Origin: Polyangiales bacterium
GTDB lineage: Bacteria > Myxococcota_A > Polyangia > Polyangiales > Houyiibacteriaceae
DNA: 64,000 nt
Direction: 5' to 3'
Assembly: GCA_965227405.1 (NCBI GenBank)
Contig: OZ245758.1
Span: forward strand, 3,124,338 to 3,188,337
Of the stretch, positions 27,543 to 36,300 are shown piece after piece. A program made the translations under genes and the position numbers. Each line of letters begins with the position of its first letter. The stretch's first letter is position 1. The notes under the pieces were generated by a model. It was not told the origin of the DNA, made no database searches, and saw only the letters and a list, made by a program, of their open reading frames with translations.

Positions 27543-29117
27543 CTAACGCCGCTCGAGTATCAGCAGCTCTGGCTGCGCGCACTCGCTACAGATCGTGTAC
27601 GGGTCACTGCTAAAGCGCGCAGCCACATCGAACTGCGGACTGTGCACCAAGCGTGGAAACCAGCTCTCGAAAATCACGTAGTAACGCGGCTGCGTATCGC
27701 GAAGAATCGTTTCGAGTTGCCCGTCGATCACGCGATGATCGTTGAGCCCGACCAAGTCCACCACGCGGCGCTTCCCAAAGAGCCGTACGGCACCGGCGTC
27801 GTTGCTCGCGACCCACTCGGACTCGTCGGTTCGCTCACGGAGCCACTCCGCAGCCGCAACGTTCATCTCGACGATGTTGCGGCAGTTCCCTGCGTACTCC
27901 GGAAGCAATACGACCGTCCCGGCAATCGCCACCGCAACGATCGCAGCTGCGGCAGGTTTGAGGATTCGCTCGGTCAGCACCGTACCGATCAGGATCCACA
28001 CGAAAGGCCGAAATACCCATCCGTAACGCGCCCAATAAAAGCCGTCGTACTCCGCCAGGTCGTGCGCCCAGGCGACACCAATCGGCGCGACCAGCACCAT
28101 GGCACCGAGCAACATTGCTTGAGGATCGCGTTCGTTGAATGCTCGTCGCAGTGCCAGCGCGATCAGCGGTAAGAGCAAGAGCCCGAGTGCAAACCCGCCG
28201 AGCACGACGAGGTAGGCCACGTGGACATCACGCCACTGCGTTGCGAAGTCTGTGACGTGCTTCGCGTAGAACGTCGTGGGCAGCGCGCGGTTGGTCGCAT
28301 GCATGCACCACAAACTCCAACCCCCGAGCGTAACCACCGAAGGCAACCACAGTTCCGTATGGGGACGTAGTCCGTGCGGACCCGAACCTGCCTCCTTTGA
28401 GTCCGTTTTCTCCGACGTTCCGCGATGCTGCCAGAACGCCCACGCCACCACGAGCGCGGTGACCAGGAGCATCTCGGGTCGCGCCAAAGCAGCCAGTCCA
28501 AAGAGGACGCCGGCAACGCGCCGACGTTCGGCAAAGAGCGCAGCCATGGCTCCCGCTCCAAGCGCACACGCGAGCGACACTTCCATCCCCGACACGCTTC
28601 CGAACACCAACGCGGGATCGAGCGCGAGTGCCAAGCCAATGACCAGTGCTGCGCGCGGGCTTCGGGATCGAATCGCCGCGTCACCAGCAAACGCGGTCAA
28701 CGCACCCAGCAGCGCACCAAGTACTTTGGTCGCGACGATGGGCGTGCTCATGCCCAAGCGATGAAAGATCGCCAACAAGAGCGCCCACAAAGGACTGGTG
28801 CTTCCGGCTGCGGGAGTCTCGGGGTTGTACGCGAGCCCTTCGCCATACGCGATGCCCTCGGCGTACACGTGGTGGATGTATGCGTCGTCGAGCGGAAACC
28901 CGATCGCTGCGTAGCCAGACATCGCGACAAAGAGCGCGCTGACCCCACCATGGACCAACGCATAGAGCGCCAGCCGTTTGCGCCAATCGTCCAAGCCCTC
29001 TCCATACTGCCGATCCTGGCAGCGGCCAAGTCCGCGCGATGCCTCAGGTTTTGCAGGTGTTGGGGAGCAACCTCGGCCAATGTCGTATATGCCCACCATG
29101 AGACTCGCGCTGGCCAC
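27543..29117 (-). CDS. Polytopic integral membrane protein, possible GT-C-fold glycosyltransferase (ArnT/PMT-like)
   Basis: At least 10 predicted TM helices. First periplasmic loop FPLDDAYIHHVYAEG is reminiscent of GT-C DD/DE motifs. Start uncertain: it overlaps the divergent neighbour's start by ~20 bp. Confidence 0.45.
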   Translation of the reverse strand: MASASLMVGIYDIGRGCSPTPAKPEASRGLGRCQDRQYGEGLDDWRKRLALYALVHGGVSALFVAMSGYAAIGFPLDDAYIHHVYAEGIAYGEGLAYNPETPAAGSTSPLWALLLAIFHRLGMSTPIVATKVLGALLGALTAFAGDAAIRSRSPRAALVIGLALALDPALVFGSVSGMEVSLACALGAGAMAALFAERRRVAGVLFGLAALARPEMLLVTALVVAWAFWQHRGTSEKTDSKEAGSGPHGLRPHTELWLPSVVTLGGWSLWCMHATNRALPTTFYAKHVTDFATQWRDVHVAYLVVLGGFALGLLLLPLIALALRRAFNERDPQAMLLGAMVLVAPIGVAWAHDLAEYDGFYWARYGWVFRPFVWILIGTVLTERILKPAAAAIVAVAIAGTVVLLPEYAGNCRNIVEMNVAAAEWLRERTDESEWVASNDAGAVRLFGKRRVVDLVGLNDHRVIDGQLETILRDTQPRYYVIFESWFPRLVHSPQFDVAARFSSDPYTICSECAQPELLILERR

Positions 29118-29961
29118 CCTTTCGATTTCCTTGCTGCTTCCGATGATTCCGGAACAAGCCGACGCGCAGTTGGGTGCTTTGGTGCGAGCCGCACGAGCTG
29201 CTGGACGTGCGGGATCAAGTGCGGGTCGCGCTGCAGGTCGCGCCGCTCACTTGGGCGGAAGTGCAGGTCGAGTCGGAACACGTGCGGGTCGTGCGGGTGC
29301 GCATGCAGGTGCTCTTGGAACTCGGTCCACACGCATCACCGCAGCGGGCGTCACGCTTGCCGCTGCGGCCGATGTGCGCGCAGCGCGTCTGTTCACCTCG
29401 CTTCCCGACGAACTCGGACACGGCGCTGCATATCTAACGGACGACCTCGCAGGTTCGTACCGCGTTATCGCCCCGAACCACGCCGACGAACTGACCGGCG
29501 CAGTGACCGACATCTACATCGATCTTCCGATGGCGCGACATCCCGATCGTCTGCCTCCGCTCGAAGGCCGCAACCTTCACGTGTTGGATGCCGAGGGCAC
29601 ACCGCATGCCGTTCGCGTGGTGGAAAAGGAAGACGGGCTGATCGACTACATCGTCGATGCGGGCGAGACCGCGTTGGACGTGGGCTCGGATCTAGCGGAC
29701 TTCGCCGAAGACGAGATGGACGAGAGCGAAGCGGAACGTCAGCGACAGGAGCTTCTTGAGGAAGTTCTCGCGCAAGAGGATGTGCAGCGTGAACTCGATG
29801 ACTTGCTGCGCGAGCATGACGTGGATCTGGAGCAAGCCGCTGCGTTTGTACCGCCCCAGGAAGAGGAGAGCGGTGGGTGGTGGAAGTGGGGACTCGGCGG
29901 ATTGGCCCTCGTTTTCGCCGGCATGTGGTGGGTTGGTCGCAAGCCGAAGCCGATCGGATGA
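29098..29961 (+). CDS. Secreted hypothetical protein with Ala/Gly/Arg-rich repeats and a C-terminal TM anchor
   Basis: MRLALATLSISLLLPMIPEQADAQ signal. (AGRA)n-like tract. C-terminus WWKWGLGGLALVFAGMWWVGRK. Confidence 0.5.
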   Translation: MRLALATLSISLLLPMIPEQADAQLGALVRAARAAGRAGSSAGRAAGRAAHLGGSAGRVGTRAGRAGAHAGALGTRSTRITAAGVTLAAAADVRAARLFTSLPDELGHGAAYLTDDLAGSYRVIAPNHADELTGAVTDIYIDLPMARHPDRLPPLEGRNLHVLDAEGTPHAVRVVEKEDGLIDYIVDAGETALDVGSDLADFAEDEMDESEAERQRQELLEEVLAQEDVQRELDDLLREHDVDLEQAAAFVPPQEEESGGWWKWGLGGLALVFAGMWWVGRKPKPIG

Positions 29962-30224
29962 ACGGCGACGCGCTTGGGCACCGCTACGCGCACGCCGTGT
30001 GGCAAATCAAGTTCGACGTGTCGGACCGGGCGCAGAAGCACGATGCGCTCGGCCGGATTCGCGACGGTGAGCACTGGGTGGTCGCGCCCACGTTTCTATC
30101 GCGGAAAGGGCGCGAAGGTTGGCAGGTGGTGAGTGTGACCATGCATCCCAATCCGGCGCATGCTGGGTCGCTCTTGGTGTTCGCGCGTCGTCTCGAAGAA
30201 GCGCACCAACAACGCGAAGAGTAG
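29958..30224 (+). CDS. Hypothetical small protein
   Basis: ATG 29958 (MNGDALGHRYAHAVWQIKF...). Overlaps the upstream stop by 4 bp. Confidence 0.3.
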   Translation: MNGDALGHRYAHAVWQIKFDVSDRAQKHDALGRIRDGEHWVVAPTFLSRKGREGWQVVSVTMHPNPAHAGSLLVFARRLEEAHQQREE

Positions 30225-30236
30225 TACCCTCGCTAC

Positions 30237-30761
30237 GTGCAGTTGCAGACCCCGCGCGTGCTCTGGTTCGCGCTGTTGATGTCGAATGCGATGTACGCCG
30301 TGGTCGGCATGCTCGCCGCTCCAACGGATGGGACCACGATCGATCCGACTCTCTTGGTTGCGCTGGGTGTCGTGGCACTCGGCAACGGAGTCGGCGCGTT
30401 CATCATCGGGATGAAGCTCCGTCGAACCGCGTACTTGAAAGCCAACTTCGAGGTTGAAGAGGTTCCCGATCCAAACGCCGAAACGATGTTTCGCGATTCG
30501 CCACCGATGATTCGTCAGTTCGCAAAGCCCGACACGATTCCTAAGCGCTTGATGCCGCTGGCGTTCACACCCTTCATTCTCGAGCTCGCACTGAGTGAGT
30601 CGGTGGCGATATTTGGGCTGGTCGCAGCGCTGTTGGGCGCCGATGTGCTGACCTGGATTCCCTTCATCCTCACTGGCGCCACGCTGATCGCAGTGCGTTT
30701 TCCTACCGAAGCCCGCTGGCTACGTGCTCTCGAGCGGATCTACGACGCACGCATGCCCTGA
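30237..30761 (+). CDS. Hypothetical membrane protein (4 TM)
   Basis: MQLQTPRVLWFALLMSNAMYAVVGMLAA... hydrophobic segments. Confidence 0.45.
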   Translation: MQLQTPRVLWFALLMSNAMYAVVGMLAAPTDGTTIDPTLLVALGVVALGNGVGAFIIGMKLRRTAYLKANFEVEEVPDPNAETMFRDSPPMIRQFAKPDTIPKRLMPLAFTPFILELALSESVAIFGLVAALLGADVLTWIPFILTGATLIAVRFPTEARWLRALERIYDARMP

Positions 30762-30787
30762 CACCCGGTCGGTGCTAAGCACTCTCG

Positions 30788-32191
30788 ATGGCGCGCACGA
30801 TCCATTTCGTGTCGCTCGGTTGCGCCAAGAACCGGGTGGATACGGAAGTCATGCTTGGAGTCGCAGGACTCGAGGGATTCGTGCACGTGCCCGATGCCGC
30901 CGACGCGGAAGTGATTGTGGTCAACACGTGTGGCTTCATCGGACCGGCGAAAGAAGAAAGCGTCGACACCATCCTGGAGATGGCTGAGCTCAAGACGCAG
31001 GGACGTTGCGAGCAACTGGTGGTTGCGGGATGTCTTTCTCAGCGATACCCGCAGCAGCTTGCGACCGAGATGCCGGAGGTCGACCACTTCCTGGGCAGCT
31101 CCGACATGCTCAAGCTTGCGACGGTTCTGCAGCGCAAGGGCACGCGCATGATGGTGGGCAATCCCGCCGAGTACACGATGCGCGCGACCGACCCGCGCGA
31201 GATCACACAGGCTGGTCACAGTGCCTACCTGAAGATCGCGGAGGGCTGTAACCGCAGCTGTAGTTTCTGCACGATTCCTTCGTTTCGCGGGAAGCAGCGT
31301 TCGCGACGCATTGAAGATGTGGTGGCCGAAGCCACGCGTCTGTCGGAACAAGGCGTGGTCGAGGTGAACCTGATCAGTCAGGACACGGTTGCGTACGGTC
31401 GCGATCTTGAAGGCCGTCCGGCGCTGTCCGATCTGGTGCGTGCGCTGGGCGACGTCGAAGACCTGCGTTGGATTCGGCTTCACTACCTCTATCCCGAGAA
31501 GCTCACCGACGCGCTGCTCGAGTTGCTCGCGGACCATCCCAAGGTCGTGCCTTACGTCGACATGCCCTTGCAACATGCAGCGACCAACATGCTCAAGCGC
31601 ATGCGTCGCGGGCACGGTGGCAAGCGGCTCTACGATTTGGTCGAGCGATTGCGAGCGCGGGTTCCCGACCTGGTTTTCCGGACCAGCTTTATCGTCGGAC
31701 ATCCCGGCGAAACCGAGGCCGAGTACCAAGAGCTGCTCGACTTCGTGAAGTGGGCCGAGTTCGACCACGTGGGCGTGTTTCTCTATTCGCCAGAAGAGGG
31801 AACACCGAGCGGCGAGATGGATGCCGCGGTGCCCGAGGATGTCGCGCGCGCGCGAAGCCACAAGCTGCTGGAAATGCAGCGCCCGATCAGTGCAGCGAAG
31901 CTTGGTGCACGCGTGGGCACCGAAGTGGAGGTGCTCGTCGATGGCATCAGCGACGAGAGCGAGTTCTTGCTCGAAGGACGTTGGTGGGGCCAGGCACCCG
32001 AAGTCGATGGCAAGATCTACCTCGCGAACAACACGGCTCATCCCGGTGAGATTCGCCGCGCCTTGGTGACCGATGCCGCGGACTACGATTTGGTGGCGGA
32101 TCTGCTGGGACGCGACGGGAGTTGGGATGCACCCCCGGGTATCGAAAGACCGCGTCGCCGAAAGGTCAAACTGCGCACGTTCAACGATTAG
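30788..32191 (+). CDS. rimO: Ribosomal protein S12 methylthiotransferase RimO (MiaB-family radical SAM with TRAM domain)
   Basis: N-terminal MTTase Cys triad (FVSLGCAKN...VVNTCGF...VAGCL). Radical SAM CNRSCSFCTIPSFRG. C-terminal TRAM-like EVLVDG. Length about 467 aa. Confidence 0.75.
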   Translation: MARTIHFVSLGCAKNRVDTEVMLGVAGLEGFVHVPDAADAEVIVVNTCGFIGPAKEESVDTILEMAELKTQGRCEQLVVAGCLSQRYPQQLATEMPEVDHFLGSSDMLKLATVLQRKGTRMMVGNPAEYTMRATDPREITQAGHSAYLKIAEGCNRSCSFCTIPSFRGKQRSRRIEDVVAEATRLSEQGVVEVNLISQDTVAYGRDLEGRPALSDLVRALGDVEDLRWIRLHYLYPEKLTDALLELLADHPKVVPYVDMPLQHAATNMLKRMRRGHGGKRLYDLVERLRARVPDLVFRTSFIVGHPGETEAEYQELLDFVKWAEFDHVGVFLYSPEEGTPSGEMDAAVPEDVARARSHKLLEMQRPISAAKLGARVGTEVEVLVDGISDESEFLLEGRWWGQAPEVDGKIYLANNTAHPGEIRRALVTDAADYDLVADLLGRDGSWDAPPGIERPRRRKVKLRTFND

Positions 32192-32239
32192 AGATTTCGA
32201 TAGAAATCTGCGGTCGTTAGCGCTTCACTTGCCCCGCCG

Positions 32240-32947
32240 ATGCGACTTCAACTCGCCATGGTCGGTTTGGTGTTGATGGGTTGCGCTTCGGCGATCCCCA
32301 CAGCGACCGGCGCATCGACCACACCCAAGTCGCGTAGTGATCTTGGTGGCGGTGTTGCGTTTCGAGTTCCAACGGGTGACCTGCGTGACGACGAACCGAC
32401 CGAGTCGCGTGTTGCGGACGCCGCGTTGGCGGGGGGTGCGGTTCCCTTTGCCTACACCCGACGTGGGCTGACCCGCCATCTCGATATCGGGTTGATGGTT
32501 TCCGGAACCACGATTCGAGCTGAAGTGCGTGGCGAACGCGGTGTGTCCGAAGGATCGACTCGACCTGCGTGGACCTGGGCCATCGCGCCGTACGTGGGTC
32601 CGACCATCGAAGACGACGACTCTGGCCGAGGCGTGCGTTTCGGACTCGACGTTCCGATTGCCTACGGAATCGACTTTGGTGGTCTCTACGATTTTTGGAT
32701 CGGGTTTCGCGGAATGGTGGAAGGACTCACCGGCGATTTCACGCGCGTCGATCGCGAAGAGAGCGCGTGGGTGGTGGCGATGCGCGGTGGGGCGATGATC
32801 GGACTCGCTGCGGGGTTTCGACGCGTGCACGCCTTTGTCGAGGTCACCGTTGCGTGGGAACAACAGTGGGGCGAGCACGGCGACCTGGAGTTGGATCGCG
32901 GCGGCGTTGTCCTGATCCCTGCGGCCGGACTTCGAATTCGGATCTAG
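32240..32947 (+). CDS. Lipoprotein, hypothetical (beta-rich)
   Basis: MRLQLAMVGLVLMGCASA lipobox. Confidence 0.5.
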   Translation: MRLQLAMVGLVLMGCASAIPTATGASTTPKSRSDLGGGVAFRVPTGDLRDDEPTESRVADAALAGGAVPFAYTRRGLTRHLDIGLMVSGTTIRAEVRGERGVSEGSTRPAWTWAIAPYVGPTIEDDDSGRGVRFGLDVPIAYGIDFGGLYDFWIGFRGMVEGLTGDFTRVDREESAWVVAMRGGAMIGLAAGFRRVHAFVEVTVAWEQQWGEHGDLELDRGGVVLIPAAGLRIRI

Positions 32948-33472
32948 CTACGAGTGGCCGCGCGTGGACATCTGGAGCTTCTCGCCCAGGAATCCACCAA
33001 GAAGCGTGACCATCACACCGATCATGCCGCCGACGATGTTGGCGAGCAGTGAGAGCTGATGCACATCGGCGATGTGGTTGAGCCAGAGCAAGGTGGGAAC
33101 GACGGCAAGGAGCGCACCGACAGCAGGCTCGATGAACGTCTTACCCGGCGAGATGAATCCCACAGCGGCGCCACCCACAAACCAGACACCTGCAGAGATC
33201 AACAATCCCGGTAGACCCTGAGGGTCGTAGGTGTCGATGACCATCGGAAGCAGAACGAGGGCAATCGCCTGAAGCGTGGCGTAGATGGCGAACGAGATCG
33301 CGACCCACTTCCACTCGAAGCTTTCCTGCTGGTAGCGCCGTGCGTGTGCTTCTTCGGCGGTCAGCTCGCCACGCTCGAGGACGTCGAGCTTCGCACCACA
33401 CGACGTGCATCGCTTGGCAGAGGGGTCGTTCGCCGCCCCACAGATCGAGCAGATGATCTCCTTGTCGGCCAT
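32948..33472 (-). CDS. Zinc-ribbon domain membrane protein
   Basis: MADKEIICSICGAANDPSAKRCTSCGAKL (CxxC...CxxC) followed by 4 TM segments. Confidence 0.5.
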   Translation of the reverse strand: MADKEIICSICGAANDPSAKRCTSCGAKLDVLERGELTAEEAHARRYQQESFEWKWVAISFAIYATLQAIALVLLPMVIDTYDPQGLPGLLISAGVWFVGGAAVGFISPGKTFIEPAVGALLAVVPTLLWLNHIADVHQLSLLANIVGGMIGVMVTLLGGFLGEKLQMSTRGHS

Positions 33473-33633
33473 GTGGGCTGATTCTCACAAAATGGCCCTA
33501 CAGAAAGCAAGGTTTGTTGCATTTCTCCGCGTTGGCACTCGTTTGAGGCGGTGGGGCGGCGTGGACCCAGCCGTGATACGTTCCAAGCCCCCAAGGACCA
33601 CGCCTCTGGGGTGGTCGTAGCGATGAGGGTGCA

Positions 33634-35067
33634 GTGAGACCCGGCTGGTTCGAGATCTCGCATGAGGGATGGCGGCGTCGTTCGACGCAGCGAAGCCTGG
33701 GGCGTTTGCTTCTGGAAGGCGTCCAAAATGCGTTTGATGCCCGGGCATCGACAGTGGAGGTCTCGCTCGGTCGCAAAGAGATTGTGATCGAAGATGACGC
33801 GCGTAGCGGTATGGCCGACGGGCGTTTGGTCTACACGGTCTTCCTCAGCAACAAGCAAGAGGACCCCTCCCAACGAGGGCGTCTGGGGCGCGGGCTCAAA
33901 GAGCTGATCGTGACCATGGACGAAGCCATCGTCGAGGCGGTGGGCATCACCGTTCGCTTCGATGAGACGGGTCGCCACGAAGAGCCGAACAAACGCGAGT
34001 CGGGTACGCGCATTGTGCTGCGACGAAAGTTCGAAGCGTCTGAGCTTTCGGATGCCGTGCGCTACTTGCGCTTGTGCATTCCCCCCAAGGGGATTCGCCT
34101 TCTTGTGGATGGTCGTGCCGTTCGACGACCTCGCAGTGTGATCTCGTTGGGATCCTGTGAGCTCGAAAGCGTCGAAGTCGAAGATGGTGTGGAGCGTGCG
34201 GTTGTGGGCGCAACCACAGTGGCTCTCTATCAACCGCGCAAGGGACAGGACGCGTATCTCTTTGAGATGGGTGTGCCGATCGAGTCGTGGGATGTGCCCT
34301 GGCACGTTGACGTTGGTCAACGCGTTCCGCTTCTCGATGGACGTGATGGTGTCCCGGATCGGTTCAAGCTTCGACTCAAGGCGTTGTTGTTGGAATCGAT
34401 GATCCATCGGTATCTGGAGACCAAAGACCTTCGCGCGGATTGGGTGCACGACGTGATCGCGCGTTATCCGGTCAAGACGTCAGTGCTTGATGCGTTCGTG
34501 AGCCGTGCGTTTCCGCGGGGAGCGGTACTTGGGGGGACGTCGCGAGCCAACGACCGTGCGCGACAGTTGGGTGCGCACGTGATCGATACGTCGGCGATCA
34601 GTGATGGCGCGTACGTGGGGCTCAGCCGTGTCGTTGAGACCGCAGATGATTTTGTTCGGCGTCGTTCAGCCGAGTTTGGCGGTGAAGACGTCGAACCGGA
34701 CGAAGTGCAACGGCGGTTCGCCGAGTCGGTACGTTGGTTGGCGCGACGCGTGGCTGGACGCGTGGTTCGGGTTCGCTTTTTTGCGCGCGATGCGTCGGAC
34801 GCAGGGCTGCTCGAAGATGCGACCTGTGACGCGGACGCCCGGGTGATCTCGTTCAACGTGAAGGGTCCGTTGCGTTTCGACGATATTTTGGATCCGTCCA
34901 CGTTGGGTGTGGTGCTGCATGAGATCGCACACCTCGAAACGTTGGAGCACGATCTGCGTTTTATCGATCGCTTGCAGACCTTGGCGGGGATGACTGCGAA
35001 GGTGCTCGCGGAGGGTGGACCAGCGTTGGCGAAGGCGTTGCGCCGTGGTGATCCGGATCGGCACTAG
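33634..35067 (+). CDS. Hypothetical protein with N-terminal GHKL/Bergerat-fold ATPase-like motifs and a C-terminal HExxH metallopeptidase-like motif
   Basis: LLEGVQNAFDA (E-x3-N-x2-D N-box), GRLGRGLKE (GxxGxG G2 box), and VVLHEIAHLETLEH near the C-terminus. Confidence 0.45.
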   Translation: MRPGWFEISHEGWRRRSTQRSLGRLLLEGVQNAFDARASTVEVSLGRKEIVIEDDARSGMADGRLVYTVFLSNKQEDPSQRGRLGRGLKELIVTMDEAIVEAVGITVRFDETGRHEEPNKRESGTRIVLRRKFEASELSDAVRYLRLCIPPKGIRLLVDGRAVRRPRSVISLGSCELESVEVEDGVERAVVGATTVALYQPRKGQDAYLFEMGVPIESWDVPWHVDVGQRVPLLDGRDGVPDRFKLRLKALLLESMIHRYLETKDLRADWVHDVIARYPVKTSVLDAFVSRAFPRGAVLGGTSRANDRARQLGAHVIDTSAISDGAYVGLSRVVETADDFVRRRSAEFGGEDVEPDEVQRRFAESVRWLARRVAGRVVRVRFFARDASDAGLLEDATCDADARVISFNVKGPLRFDDILDPSTLGVVLHEIAHLETLEHDLRFIDRLQTLAGMTAKVLAEGGPALAKALRRGDPDRH

Positions 35068-35147
35068 AGGGTGGGGGAGTTTTCATTTTTCGAAGACTCC
35101 AAGATGCAAAGAGCGCAAGTTGAGTTGTCTTCTACTTGGTGGTGGTT

Positions 35148-35262
35148 CGATTTTTTTAACCGGAAGTACTGGAAGGCTGGAAGACGGGAAGGTTTTGGCT
35201 CCTAAACCTTCCCGCCTTCCAGCCTTCCCGCACTTCCGGTCAAAAAAATGTTGGCGATCCCA
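35148..35262. repeat. Palindromic MITE/REP-like element, copy 3
   Basis: atttttttaaCCGGAAGTACTGGAAGGCTGGAAGACGGGAAGGttttggctcctaaaCCTTCCCGCCTTCCAGCCTTCCCGCACTTCCGGtcaaaaaaatg. Confidence 0.65.
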
Positions 35263-35402
35263 TAGGCCTCAAAGCGACTTCGGTGCACGGAGGATAGCCA
35301 GCGTCGCGAACCATCGTTTCCATTCCCTTTCCCATTCCCATTCCCGCCCAGCCGTCTGGTGAACGTGATGGGATAGGGCGCCAATGCCGCTACAATCGAA
35401 GT

Positions 35403-36113
35403 ATGAGATTGGCTTTGGGGATGGGTCTCGCAACGCTCCTGGCGTTCGCGGGTTGCGGCGATGACGACGGCACTGCCGATGCAGGTCGCGACGCAGGTAC
35501 GGCGGATACCGGCGGCAGCGACACGGGCGGCGCAGACACGGGTGGTGCAGACACAGGCGGCGCGGACACAGGTGGCGCGGACACAGGCGGCACAGACACA
35601 GGTGCAGATACGGGTGGTGCAGACACGGGTGGCGCGGACACAGGTGCTTCCGACGCGGGCTCAGGATGTGAAACCGACTCCGACTGCACCGTAGGTGACG
35701 AGTGGTGCGTCGAAGGCGCGTGCGTGCCGTGCGACAACTCCGGACTGCTTTGCGACATCGCCTGTTCGTTGGGATGGACGACCTACATGCGCAACGGCTG
35801 CTCGCCTTGCGAATGCGCGCCGCCGAACCAGTGCACGAGTGACGCTGAGTGCGAAGGCGACAGCACGTGCGTCGCCGGCGAGTTCTGCTGGGATTGGTGC
35901 CCTGAAGACGACCCGAGTTGTTGTTTCGGAAACACCTGCGTGGCTCCGGGGTGCGAAGGTCCGCCCCCGGTTGGCTGTCGGCAACGTGGTTGTGCCCCGG
36001 GCGGAACGTGCGAGGAAGACACCGGGTGTGCTCCAAGCGGTTGTGGTTGCTCGGACGGTGCATGGATCTGCACAAGTGATTGCAATGGAGGAACCTGCTC
36101 CTTCCCCGAGTAA
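35403..36113 (+). CDS. Lipoprotein with (DTGGA)n tandem pentapeptide repeats and a Cys-rich C-terminal domain
   Basis: MRLALGMGLATLLAFAGCGDDDG lipobox. ~11 copies of the 15-nt repeat ggcgcggacacaggt encoding GADTG. C-terminal 30+ Cys. Confidence 0.6.
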   Translation: MRLALGMGLATLLAFAGCGDDDGTADAGRDAGTADTGGSDTGGADTGGADTGGADTGGADTGGTDTGADTGGADTGGADTGASDAGSGCETDSDCTVGDEWCVEGACVPCDNSGLLCDIACSLGWTTYMRNGCSPCECAPPNQCTSDAECEGDSTCVAGEFCWDWCPEDDPSCCFGNTCVAPGCEGPPPVGCRQRGCAPGGTCEEDTGCAPSGCGCSDGAWICTSDCNGGTCSFPE

Positions 36114-36300
36114 GGTCTTGTCTTGTGAAGACTCTTGCGCTGAGCAGAGCGACCTCCGCTTCTAGGGAATAGGAAAAGGAAGAGGAAAGGGCCGTTTGGG
36201 CCGGACGAGCAGAGACCGCCCGTTCCTATTCCTATTCCTTTTCCCGCGTGGCGATTCGAGTCAGGCCGGCGTCGGGGTCTTCCCAAGCCCAGCCAAAACA

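Noticed and set aside
29098-29117. Overlap of divergent start codons of the GT-C-like membrane gene (minus) and the secreted-protein gene (plus)
   Set aside because: Not a real overlap of functional starts. Most likely the minus-strand gene begins at an internal start (e.g. near MSGYAAIGF / first TM). Flagged as an annotation uncertainty only.
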